This document shows, piece after piece, positions 24,901 through 36,165 of a stretch of DNA of 62,034 bases (the stretch's first letter is position 1; each line of letters starts with the position of its first letter). Below the pieces are notes generated by a model that searched no databases, was not told the DNA's origin, and saw only the letters and a program-made list of their open reading frames with translations. Made by a program: the position numbers and the translations under genes. Source of the stretch: Lama guanicoe (lineage: Eukaryota); the NCBI GenBank assembly GCA_013239625.1, contig MU053432.1, positions 1 to 62,034 of the forward strand. Reading direction: 5' to 3'.

Positions 24901-26191
24901 ATGGAAGTCTGAACAAAATGATCGCAGAGGATGGCGAGATAGAACACCCAGGCCGCAGACACTCCCACCTGCTCCCTCCTTCACTGGTGGAAATCATTCC
25001 TGTTCACTTAGCTCTTAACACAGCACACAGAGCATCTTGCATCATCTTATTTAAAGACAGATGATGGTAACATGAGAGAAACTGCCTATGTGTCCTGGGC
25101 CAGAGGAGGACGGGAGGCTGTCCCGTGTCCGGCTTCAGCCTGCTTCTCTCCCACTTGAGCCCTGAGCTGCTGCTCTCGGGGCCAGGACAGCCTGGCGCAG
25201 CCCGACTCGTGCTTCCCTCATCTAGTGCATTTCCCAAGATCTGGGCGTTTCCGGCTTGTTCCGGGAGCAGGGGGGAGGGTCACCAAGCAGGACAGTCACC
25301 CTGTCTTCCAACCCTGTTTCAGCCAGAATAGCTCCACAGCGTTTGTTTCTCATATTTGGTTTCCAAGTCAGTTTACATTTGACGAGAAGGCTCTGCAAGG
25401 AACTACAGGTGGCAAACCCTTACCCTAGAGGGGGAAGCTGTCAAACTGTCGCCAGCAAGTGTGCTGACAAGGCTGACTTCTAAAGTCTCCTCCTCTGAGA
25501 GGTCCTCTGTCCCAACCAACTGAGGCAGATACCAGTCCCTGTTTGTCCCCTTCAGAGGCCAACCCTCTCCCAAACCTCTTAAGAATGTCCCTTCAAAGGC
25601 ACGTTGGCAGGTGGTCCACTACGTGCTCAAACTCTGGGTGAGTGGGTTGTGCCTGTTTGTATGTGGGTGTAATTTTGAAGTATTGCTCTTTGTTCATGTT
25701 AGTTGATGTGTTTTTCTGCAAGAAGACTTTTAATCCACCCTAGAGGAAGAGCAGGGAAGGGAAACAGGTGCCTGCGTAGGAAGGAAAGAATAGCATTTTT
25801 CCTTTCCCAAATGGACCCCAGTCCCACATCTGCCCCTAAGGTCTGTAAGAGTGTACATGGAGGCAGTTGGCCCACACACCTGCCTTCTCTCCCTACTCCC
25901 AACTCCACCCAGCAGTCATTGAACACACACCTCAACCCACGTGCCTAAGTCCCACTCAAAGCTCACTACAAACAGCCGCCTTTGGCTACCCCTCAGCCCT
26001 AGGTGAACTGAGCAGCTCACCATGGGCAGGGCAGATGGGGAAGTGGCTCACGCAGCCCTGGGAGAGGCTGGGGAATTGGGACAGGAAAGTTTGAATCCCA
26101 GGTACCCAGGTGTGGTCTGAAGGCAGGGACTGGCCTTGGCTGGCGCAGACTTGGTCCATGGACTTCTTAGCCTGTGGGAAGGGGTCAACCT

Positions 26192-26671
26192 TGTGAATGA
26201 AAAATGTTGCCAGCCGTATCAGTAAACAAAGGACGCTGTGGCCATCAAGTCGTCAGCTGCTACCGTCACCCCCTTGACAGTGAGTGGAGGGAACTCAGGA
26301 TGCAGACAAGCACCCTCAGCGGTGCCCCCTGGGGGAGCTCAGGATGTGAAAGAGCAGGATACTGGTCCTAGACAGCCAGGTGCATATCAAAGGAATGATT
26401 TCAATGCGCCCAGACCTTTGCGCCTTCTCAATACATAGAAAAGCACAAAATTCCATAGCTTGAAGTGTCTGGTTTTCTTTCATTAACAGTAATCTTTTGA
26501 TGTTCCAACTACCTGGTCTTTGCTGCAAAAGCTCATCTATTTACCGTGCCCCTCGGGAACAGCCTTGTAGAGTGATTGGAGATGCTGTGTCCTGCGCTCA
26601 AGTCCTAGTAAAATCCACCAAGTGAAACATACCTCTCAACTTTTAGGTTGTGCATTTTATTTCAGTCAACA
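26192..26671 (+). mobile_element. ERV solo LTR, family B copy 1
   Basis: TGTGAA…TTTCAGTCAACA termini; homologous to copies 2-4; near-TSD ACCT/ACCC. Confidence 0.85.
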
Positions 26672-27249
26672 ACCCCTACCAGGGTGGGGGGGTGAGGGAG
26701 GCAGGTCCTGAAATCATGGCTCAGGTTGTAGTCCAATCGGACAAGAGAGGCTGCCTGGGCAAAGCAGATCCCAGAAGGAGGGCAGTCCCATGCAGCCAGC
26801 CCCCTTGTGAAGCCCCCCGCCCAGGCTGGTACCCCTCTGCCAGGACAAGAAACAAGAGAAGTCAATGTAAGGGGCCAGTGCTCAGCAGCAGCGTCCGGTG
26901 GCAGACAGGACAGGGGTAGCCACAGCCATGCAGGCTGGCCAGGGTGCCGCTTCCTTAGCAGAAGCCTGGGGGCACTCCATTCAGGCCCCCACAGGCCTTC
27001 ACGACCCCAGAAATACATGTGAAGGAGGTGGGCTTCCCAGTGAAGGACTCTGGGCCACACCTGGCTGACAGTAGGCGTGGGGGGAGGATGGAGTGATGGC
27101 TGATTACAAATTAATTCTAGAAAAGCAGAAATATGGTATTTCTTCACCTTGTTACACTTGCCAATTTTAGGTCCCTCCCCAGCTGTGCCCACCACCACCC
27201 CTACTGTCATAATGCACAGAGTTCTTGAGTTTACTCCCCTCCACTTTAA

Positions 27250-27590
27250 TACCTAATATATATTTAAAAGCTTTTTCTATGGAGAAATTCAGAGAAAAGC
27301 AAAGTAGATAGGAGAGTACAATAAACCCAGATGTACCCATCACCGAGGGTCAGTGCCCATCAGCTCACACTCCTGTCCTATGCGAGACCCCATCTATGTC
27401 TCCCCTCCTGGATTATTTTGAGGCAGTCCCAAGTATCATTTGGTTTCTTCAATTAATATTTCAGTGCGTATCTTTTTAAATTGATTTTTTAAAAAATATT
27501 CACCTCAATGCCTTTACCACACCTTGATAAAAATTCCTTTATATCCTCAAGTATCCAATCAGTATTCTCATTTCCATGTCTCCGAAATAT
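27250..27590 (-). mobile_element. Old L1M 3' fragment
   Basis: ATGTACCCATCACC…GGATTATTTTGAGGCA, similar to 34985-35300. Confidence 0.65.
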
Positions 27591-27681
27591 GACCCGTGGT
27601 GCTTTGGGAGGGACTTGGGCGGAAGCACAATCCAAGACAGGACAACAGTGGACCTGGCTGTGGCTTGGACCAGGTGGGTGC

Positions 27682-28175
27682 TGTGAACAAAACACACTAC
27701 AAGCCTTATCAGTAAACAGGGATGCTGTGGCCATCAAGTCGGCAGCCGCTCCTGCCACCCTGACAGTGAGCTCAGGATGCAGACAAGCAGGCAGCCCGGC
27801 CTCGGCTGCCACCCCCAGCGGTGCCCCCTGCGGGGACTCAGGATGGGACGCGCAGGAGGCTGGCCCTAGACAGCCAGGTGAACATCAAACGAATTCTTTC
27901 AATCAGCCCGGAATTTTGCGCCTTCCCATACATAGAAACGCACTAAATTCCTTAGCTTTTCTTTAATTAAAAGTAATCTTTTGATGTTCTGAGTACCTGG
28001 TCTCTGCTGTAAATCTCCTATATATCCTGGCTCCTCCCCGGTGCCATTGGAGCGGTCCCTCAGGGCGATCTGAGAGGCTGTCCTCCCAGGCTCGAAGGGT
28101 TCAAGTCCTCAGAAATGTCCACTGAATAAAACATAACTCTCAAGTCTTAGATTGTGCGTTTTATTTCAGTCGCTA
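27682..28175 (+). mobile_element. ERV solo LTR, family B copy 2
   Basis: TGTGAA start, AATAAA at ~28125, 4-bp TSD GTGC at 27678-27681 and 28176-28179. Confidence 0.88.
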
Positions 28176-28537
28176 GTGCAAAACGTTTGAATGGGGGGAG
28201 AAATGGTGGGAGATGGTCAGGGAGTATGGGACCCTGAGTGAGCACTGCGCAGAGGGCACAGAATCCTCTCCCATTCCCTTCCAGCCAGAGGGCAAGGGGA
28301 AGGTCAGGTAGGAAGGCACAGTCAGGGAACAGCCAGGTCCACTTTTCCCCCTTCTCTCCTGGGCACCTACTTGGCACATCTACCCACAGCACTTTGGTCT
28401 CCCATCACAGCCCAGAGGCTCCTAAAGGAAGACACCTTCTCTCCTTCACTTGCTCATCCCCAGTGCAAACAAGGGACTTGGTATACAGCGCTGCGTGGTG
28501 AATCACTGGCTGGACACTACTACAGTTAGAAGGCCAC

Positions 28538-29080
28538 TGCTGGGGGCCAGCGCAAGCCACCGCAAAACGTGCCTCAATGGCTATTGATTATTTTGAATTA
28601 AAGTTATTTTTTAAATGGCCAATGCAAGAGGGACACTCTAACCCTCCCTTCGGTCTCCTTGAAAACAGGAAATAAACTTCTTACGTGAAAGATGCATTTC
28701 CTGCATCTGGAGGTAAACGGACACCCTTATCTCCACAGACAGCAACTTCAGGCCCAGAAGCTATATAAACAAACCTTGTTACTTCCTTAATTTACTACCC
28801 TAAGTCCAAACCCTGTTTGGAGAATCTTCACTAATTGGTCACCCAAAACCCGAGTTTTTTTGTCCTGTCAATTCCTCATGAATGTATTCTTTCTTTGTCT
28901 AAAAGTATAAAAGCCACCTGCTTTGGCCACATCTTGCCCATGATTTCTATGAGACCTCTATGCATATGAATTCAAATTTGTTTATTTTTCTCCTGTTAAT
29001 CCATCTTGTGTTCATTTTATTGGTAGTCCAGCCACAGGGACTCAAGAGGGGCACGGGGGCAACTGCCCCTCCCCCACACC
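28538..29080 (+). mobile_element. ERV1 LTR (MER34/MER39-like)
   Basis: TG start, TATAAAA box at ~28906, and U5-like end; family assigned from memory. Confidence 0.55.
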
Positions 29081-29119
29081 ACTCAGCCCCACGGAGGGAG
29101 CGGGGCTGCCCGGCCAGGA

Positions 29120-29330
29120 GCCTGCACATGCTGGCACCAGACTGCCGGGGTTCTGACCCTACCTCTGCGCTTCCTAAATGAGCAATCTTGGACAAGTTAT
29201 TGACCCTCTGCGCCTGCATTTCCTCGCTGTAAAATGGAAATTTATGTTTCAAAAACTATTTTATTACGCACCTTTGCGTTAACGTGTATGAAGCACTTAC
29301 ACAATGCTTGGCACCTAGTAGGTGTGCTTG
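29120..29330 (+). mobile_element. MIR SINE
   Basis: CTTGGACAAGTTATTGACCCTCTG.GCCT…TTTCCTCGCTGTAAAATGG core. Confidence 0.8.
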
Positions 29331-29368
29331 ACGACCCTCACACGTGCCATGATCGCTATTATGCCAGA

Positions 29369-29815
29369 GGTCGACTGGAAACATGCACAACCTAAAAGGT
29401 GAAAATTGTATTTTGTTCATCAGACTTCTGAGGACTCAAGCTTGAGAGGCAGCCTCTCAGCTCTGCGGGACTGCGCCAAAGACGGAAGAGGGGGGCCAGG
29501 GTACACAGGGGGTTTTGGCAACAAAAACCAGGTAGTCAGAACATCAAAAGATTACTGTTAATTCCGAAAACCAGATACATCAAGGTAAGGAATTTAGCGC
29601 TTTTCTATTTAAGGGAAGATGCAGGAGTCTGGGCTCATTGAAATCATTCCTTTGATGTGCACAGTAACTACCAAGGGTCAGTGTCCTGTTCTTTCCCTCC
29701 TCCTGAGCCCCCCACCCACCCAGGGCGCACTCTTGGGGGAGGTTATAGTGGCTGATGGCTTCATGGGTACAATATACTTTGCCTACTGCTATGGCAGGTA
29801 ACATTCTTAGTCCAA
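29369..29815 (-). mobile_element. ERV solo LTR, family B copy 3 (inverted)
   Basis: Reverse complement aligns to 26192-26671 (ACCAGGTAGTCAGAACATCAAAAGATTACTGTTAAT). Confidence 0.85.
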
Positions 29816-30219
29816 ACAGGTAAATCACATTTTTTGTGCAGGTTCCCTGTAGTTCTCAGCCATCAGCAGAGGTTTGACACCTTCACCTGCTGGCATGAGA
29901 GGCTTAGATACCACCCAAGAGGCAGCGGAAGGCAACAGCCCCTCCCTCCCTCCCGGGTTAACATTCCAAAGATACCTGCAAGGAGGCCCAAGAGCAGCTG
30001 TGTGTTGGCCAAGAGAAGGCAGTGCCTCCCACCTGCAGCCAGGCCACCCCCTTGCCTGCAACTTGCCTACCAGTGCAGCCAGGGCTATACCCAGTGCCTG
30101 GACCCGTGAGTGGCTGGCACCACCTGGAGGCCACCTCGGGATCTGCGGGGATGCCACGTGCACTTGGGACAGTGGTGGGGTACTTTCATTTTATTTTATC
30201 CTTTACACATTTATTAAAC

Positions 30220-30614
30220 TGTGAATAAAAAATATTGCCTGCCATAGCAGTAAACAAAGGGCACTGCAGACATCAGCCATCAGCCACTAACTTCGCCAGC
30301 CTGATAATCAGGATGGTTCTCAGGATGGAGATAAGCAGGCCACCTGCTGCCAAGCCCTCAGCCACTGCAGCCACCGCCAACAGTGCTCCCTGTGGAGACT
30401 CAGGATGGGGGATACAGGATACAGGTGCTGGCGCATCTCTTACCTGGTCTTTGTCCTCAAAACTCCTATATACCCTGGCTCCTCCCTGCCCTCAGAGCCA
30501 TCTGAGAGGCTGTATCTCAGGCTTAAATCCCCAGAAATGTCCACTAAATAAAACATAATTCTAAACTTTTACGTTGTACAACTTTTAGGTTGCACATTTT
30601 TCTTTCAGTTGACA
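30220..30614 (+). mobile_element. ERV solo LTR, family B copy 4 (internally deleted)
   Basis: TGTGAATAAAAAATATTGCC…TTTCAGTTGACA; lacks the central segment present in copies 1-3. Confidence 0.85.
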
Positions 30615-30763
30615 ACCCACTGCTGTGTGTTAGGCTCTAGTGATATGGGTAGAAATAAAGATAACTTCTCTTCCCCCATGGTGTTTATAGCGTGATGGAG
30701 GACACAGACCCTCAGCAAATGATTCAATGAGCAATACCAACGGATGGAAAAGAGATGGATACA

Positions 30764-30869
30764 ATGCTCGCTTCAGCAGCACATATACTAAAATTGGCAC
30801 GACACAGAGAGATTAACGTGGCCCCTGCACAAGGATTACACACAAATTCGTGAAGTATTTCATATTTTT
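30764..30869 (+). pseudogene. Full-length U6 snRNA retropseudogene (5' half of a U6-L1 chimera)
   Basis: ATGCTCGCTTCAGCAGCACATATACTAAAATTGGCACGACACAGAGAGATTAACGTGGCCCCTGCACAAGGAT...CAAATTCGTGAAG...CATATTTTT matches U6 end to end with several substitutions. Confidence 0.95.
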
Positions 30870-31037
30870 ACTATATTCAGTATCTTGTAGTAACTTACAG
30901 TGAAAAAGAATAGGAAAATGAATATATGTATGTTCATGTACGACTGAAGCACTGTGCTGTACACCAGAAACTGACACAACATTGTAAACTGACTATACTT
31001 CAATAAAGATACATTTTTAGATAAAATAATGAAATTA
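30870..31037 (+). mobile_element. L1 3' terminus and A-rich tail fused to U6
   Basis: Matches the L1 3' ends at 43381-43520 and 47398-47520 (…TGTACACCAGAAA.TGACACAACATTGTAAACTGACTATAC…). Confidence 0.92.
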
Positions 31038-31235
31038 AAAAGAAATGAATACAAAGGAGGGAATAACTAATGCAGTCATTCCCTAAGAAATCCAGTGGTG
31101 CGAGGCACAGTCTGAACAATAAACAGAAAGAAAGAAACCAACCAGCATTCCTGCTCCTAGGGAGTCCACGGTACAGAGGACAGATGAGCAAACTTAGACG
31201 GAAGGGACAGAGCTAAGAAGGGCCTGGCCCGGGAC

Positions 31236-31679
31236 TGAGACAGGAGGGAAGAGGGCAGGGCACGAGCATTGGAGGAATGGCACAACAGTTGAGGACAAGG
31301 CAAACTGGTTAGAACCAAGACGGCAGATTTGACTTCCAGTAGACCTTGAGCCTCATGGAGCACCTTCAGGTATGGCACAGTTCCTGGGCTGATCATAAAG
31401 TGTCCAAAAGTGGGCAGGGGTCTGATTCCTAGAAATCCCTGCCCCTTCCTCAAAGTAGTTGGAATAATCCTCCTACTCATTAGCATATGAAATTGCCAAG
31501 CCCATAAAACCTAACAACTCGACCCTTCATGGTCTCTCTCTCTCTCTCCCCTGCGTTCTGAGACAGCCTGCCCTCTATCTCTGGAGCGTGTATCTCTCTA
31601 AATAAACTTGTTTTCACTTTACTATGCCTTGCTCTTGAATTCTTTCCTGCACGAGGCAAGAACCTATTTTCCAGCAACA
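31236..31679 (+). mobile_element. ERV1-type solo LTR, family C copy 1
   Basis: TG…CA termini, TSD GGAC at 31232-31235 and 31680-31683, CATAAAA box and AATAAA. Confidence 0.88.
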
Positions 31680-32778
31680 GGACCAGAGGTGCCCAGAAGG
31701 CGATCAGGGAAACTATCCAGGAAAACTTATTACTTAAATTGAACCTTAAAGAATGGGCAGAATTTCACCAGGTTAGGAGGTGGGAGAGGAGTATCTTCTG
31801 TAAATCTGTGGAAGCAAAAGGAAAGGATGTGGGTTGGAGAGTGGCAAGTGTTTGTGTCTGAAGAAAAGAAACACAGAAGTGCTGGGACACGGGGCTGGAA
31901 AGGGAGGTGGTGCTCCGATTGTGAAGGGCTTGGTCTGACAGCTGAAGAAGTTCGAATCTGATCCAGAAGGCAGCAGGAAACAGGAGAGGTTCTAAAGCAG
32001 AGAGCTGAGCTACAGAAAGTTCACCCCACAATGCAGAAGTGAGGACTGGAGAGAATCCTAAAAGCTCAGAATCATATGTGTCAGGGTCATGCAGAGCACT
32101 TGACACTCACTTTTATTTTTAATCCTCTAAATGGGTCTATGGGATAAGAACTATAATTATTACGTTTTCACCAAGGTGGAGGGAAACAAGCAGCCATCAA
32201 ATACTCACTAGATTCAAGCTAAGTTCAAAGTCGGTCAGCTGTGGAGCCTGAGTTCTGCAGGATGAGCAGAGCCAGTGGTGCTGGGGAGGGGGCAGCACTA
32301 TGGTGGGCGAGGGCTGGCTCTAGAATCAAGACCAGCTTTGTGGGTGGAATCAACAACTTTCTGACTGTCAGATCTGCAAGATGAAGACTAGGAAAGAGCT
32401 GGCGTTGAGAGTATAATTAAAAGTTCATTTCTGAGATAAATTTTAGACCTGAAAAAATCCATCATCCAGGACAACCACCTGCTCTACCCATCCTCCTGGC
32501 ACTTCATCAACCCACGTGCAACTGTACCCAATTGTCTGCCGTCCCCCCACTAGGAAGGATGAGGCCACAGTTTCCAAGTGCAGACCTCCACTGGCTTCCA
32601 CCCTTGTGCCTGCTCTTAGCCACCATTTCATCCATTGGCCCACCTCCCACTGCCTGAATAATTTTTTATCTCCCTTTCTACTGAATTTTTCCCCAAAACA
32701 TATGTCCACTATAATCTCTCCCATCTTAAAAACAAACAAACAAATCTCCTTGACCCCAGGTCTCTCCCCACCATCACC

Positions 32779-34185
32779 ATTCTATTACGTCCATCCTCTT
32801 TGAAGGAGTTAATTATACTCAGACTCCATTTTCTCTCATATTCTTTCTTAAAGGCACATCAGTCAATTTCATTTCCACACCACGAAAATTGCCCTTCATG
32901 TGGTCCCTTCTCACTCACCATTGCAATCTCAAGTCAATTGAGAATTTTTATCTTAGGTGACCTGTCAGCAGCGCTCAACACACTTGAGTCACTTGACCCT
33001 CCAGATGAGCTCAGCTCGGGCTGACACAGGACCTCACAAGGCACCCTGGGCTGATCCATGCGTCCTTCACTTAGGGTACCCCCAGCCTCATGCCCTCAAT
33101 GGGGATGCAGCTACAGAATGGCCATGTGGGCATTAAAGTTACATCAGCACTTCCATGGAAAACCTGGGAAATAATATTTGGAGACCATAATTTGAGTGCT
33201 AGGGTGATTGTTTCTCTTGTATTGGTTCAAAATAGATCCCTTGATGCTCTCCTCAAAACTCTGCCCCTCTCCCAGCTTGCTGCAATCTCAGCGGATGACA
33301 ACTTTATTCTTCCTGTTACTCAGGTCAAAAACCCTGGGGTCAGCTTTGATCCTCTCTTTCCTTCACATTTCCCATCCATGCTGTTAGCAAGTCTACTGAC
33401 TTTATCTTCAAAACCCATCCAGAGGGAAGATTGCCGAGATGGCGGAGTAGGCGGTCGTGGTGCTCACCCTCTTCCACAAATACAACAAAGACTACATCTA
33501 CCTACAGAACAATGTGCACAAAATGCCTACTGAACATTGGTAGAATATCTCTTGCTGCTGGAACTACAAGGAAATAACTCACAGAACTGGGTTTTAAAAA
33601 AAGGAAGAAGGTAAAGGAAAGCAGACAAGGACCTGTCCCCCGGGGAGGGAGCAGCAAAGGAGAAGAAGCGCCCTTACCCTGGGAAGCCCCCTCTCCAGTG
33701 GGGAGGTCAGCAGGGACAGAAAGGGAGCTCCAGAGGCTTAGAGGAGAAGATAGCAGCCACTTGGCAGACAGAACTGAGAGAAACCAGCACAGAGGGGCCC
33801 TGTGAATTCTATTACGTCCATCCTCTTTGAAGGAGTTAATTATACTCAGACTCCATTTTCTCTCATATTCTTTCTTAAAGGCACATCAGTCAATTTCATT
33901 TCCACACCACGAAAATTGCCCTTCATGTGGTCCCTTCTCACTCACCATTGCAATCTCAAGTCAATTGAGAATTTTTATCTTAGGTGACCTGTCAGCAGCG
34001 CTCAACACACTTGAGTCACTTGACCCTCCAGATGAGCTCAGCTCGGGCTGACACAGGACCTCACAAGGCACCCTGGGCTGATCCATGCGTCCTTCACTTA
34101 GGGTACCCCCAGCCTCATGCCCTCAATGGGGATGCAGCTACAGAATGGCCATGTGGGCATTAAAGTTACATCAGCACTTCCATGG
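32779..34185. repeat. Near-identical duplication block: 32779-33159 = 33806-34185, and 33160-33804 = 36163-36807
   Basis: Identical ORF translations at 32800 and 33827; the tail of ORF 33090 is near-identical to ORF 36117. Confidence 0.95.
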
Positions 34186-34974
34186 AGTCCCTGGGAAGAC
34201 CATAGGGCTGATAGCCAGTCCTGACAGTGAAATATGTGTGTCATAACACCAAACGCATCATAGTTATCCTGACCATGAACCTGTTTAGGGCCCATATGGA
34301 TGATCCAGGGCACCCAGCTAGCAATTTCCCCTCTCTCTTATCATAATTTATTCTCTCTTTCTCTCTCTACTGGATCATTATCATCAGATTAAAAATATCC
34401 TGCAATTCTTCCCCTCTTGAAAAATAACCTGTTGGCCCCTATACCCTACTTACACCTCTGTCTCATTTCTGTGCTGCTTTCCTGTGGAATTCTTCTAAAG
34501 ACTCAGCTACACTCACTGCCCCTGGCCTCCTTCTCTGCCATCTGGAAAACACCTCACCTTCCCCCAAACTGCTGTGGCCCATCCAGGTCAACAGTGACCT
34601 CCCTCTGCCAAATGCAATGGTTACCAGTGCAGCTCCTTTCCTGCCTCATTTGCAGACTCTCCACACTGGAAACCCTTAAGCTTTTAGTCTTTAACGTTTT
34701 TTTCTTATTTTTACTCATATTTAAGGTGATCTCACCCAGTTCCATGATTTTAATATGTTTATAAATTTAGGACATCTTAATTTTTGTTTCTGGCCTTAAC
34801 ACTCTCCTGAACTTCAGTCCTCCATACTCAACTACTGACTCGCCATCTCCGTCTGGATATCAGATTAGCAGCTCAAACTCCACGTGCCAAAAACAAGACT
34901 TACCTCATTTCTTTCCTTTCTCCCTCCCACTTCCTCTCTACCTTCCTCTTTTTCTTTCTCTCTCTCTCTCTTTT

Positions 34975-36165
34975 TTTTTTGGCTTATAATAATGGGGAAT
35001 TTCAAGCATCCACAAATGTAGATGGATAGACTGGTATAATGAATCCCCATGTACCCATCATAGAGGTTCAACGATTACTAACTCATGATCAATTCTGTCT
35101 CTCTTCCGCCCAGCCCTGTACTATTTTGAAGCCAATTCCAGACTTAGACAGTGTATCATTTCATCTGTGCCTATCTAAAAGATGAAGCCTCATTTTAAAA
35201 TATGGCCATCATATCACTATTATACTCATATAAAATAACAGTTTCTTAGTATCACCTTAAAGCCAGTCAGTGTTGGAATTTCCAGTTGTCTCATAATTTT
35301 TTGTAAGCTTGTTTGTTTGGATCAGGATCCAAAGAAAGAGCTACACAATGTGATGGGTTGATATACATTTTAAATCTTTGTTTGGATCAGGATCCAAAGA
35401 AAGAGCTACACAATGTGATGGGTTGATATACATTTTAAATCTCTTTTAATCTATGAGTTCTTCCTCCCTGTCTCTTTTTTCTTTCTATTTACTTGTTGAA
35501 GCAAGGCCATTTGTTCCAAAGAGTTTGCCTCATTTTGGATTTTGCTGAATGCACCCCATGGTGTAGATTAACACGTCCCACACTTCTCTGTATTGCCTAC
35601 AAATTGGTATTTGGAATCTAGAGAGGGTGGGAGCAGCCTTCCACTGGGAAGCACACAATGTCTGCTTTTCGCTCTTTTTGTCATATTCAGAGCAGTTTAT
35701 GCTCACTGCCTGGGCCTAATATCCCATTAAGATTGTCTCATGGTGACATTCAAATTCTATAATTCTTCTTTATTCTTAGCTGGGATACTTTGGTAAAAAG
35801 ACAGGTCCCCTCATCTACTCTATGGGTACCCTGGGGTACAGTTTATATAGGAAAAGCAGGATAAATACTTGATTCTTTCCCTTTATTAACCACTTTTCAG
35901 AATACTGAGATGGTTCTCTATCATTCTCCAACAGAGGCAGATTAAGAGAACATTGTAGTATCACTAACATCTTTGCCATAAACATCTTTGATGATACTTA
36001 AGTCCACTGCAGTTGCATCCTAACTGATGCTCACATTATCCCATCTTTAGCAAGTGACTGAGTCCTTCTGCCAGGATCCTGTCTCCGACAACTTCCTTGC
36101 TACCTGATGTTTCGAGATGCTCCAGGATCATTTGTATTTCCTGTCCCACACCTGGGATCAGCAAA
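34975..36165 (-). mobile_element. Old L1M (L1MC-like) 3' region inserted in L2
   Basis: Poly(T) followed by ATAATGAATCCCCATGTACCCATCA and related antisense L1MC motifs. Confidence 0.7.
35312..35441. repeat. 65-bp perfect tandem duplication
   Basis: TTTGTTTGGATCAGGATCCAAAGAAAGAGCTACACAATGTGATGGGTTGATATACATTTTAAATC occurs twice. Confidence 0.95.

Noticed and set aside
26192..28175. Intact provirus or mini-retrotransposon between LTR copies 1 and 2
   Set aside because: No primer-binding site, polypurine tract or gag/pol remnant seen. Copy 2 has its own TSD, the copies are diverged, and the spacer contains an old L1 fragment.
30764..30869. Functional U6 snRNA gene
   Set aside because: Multiple substitutions, fusion to L1, a flanking TSD and no evident upstream PSE/TATA arrangement.
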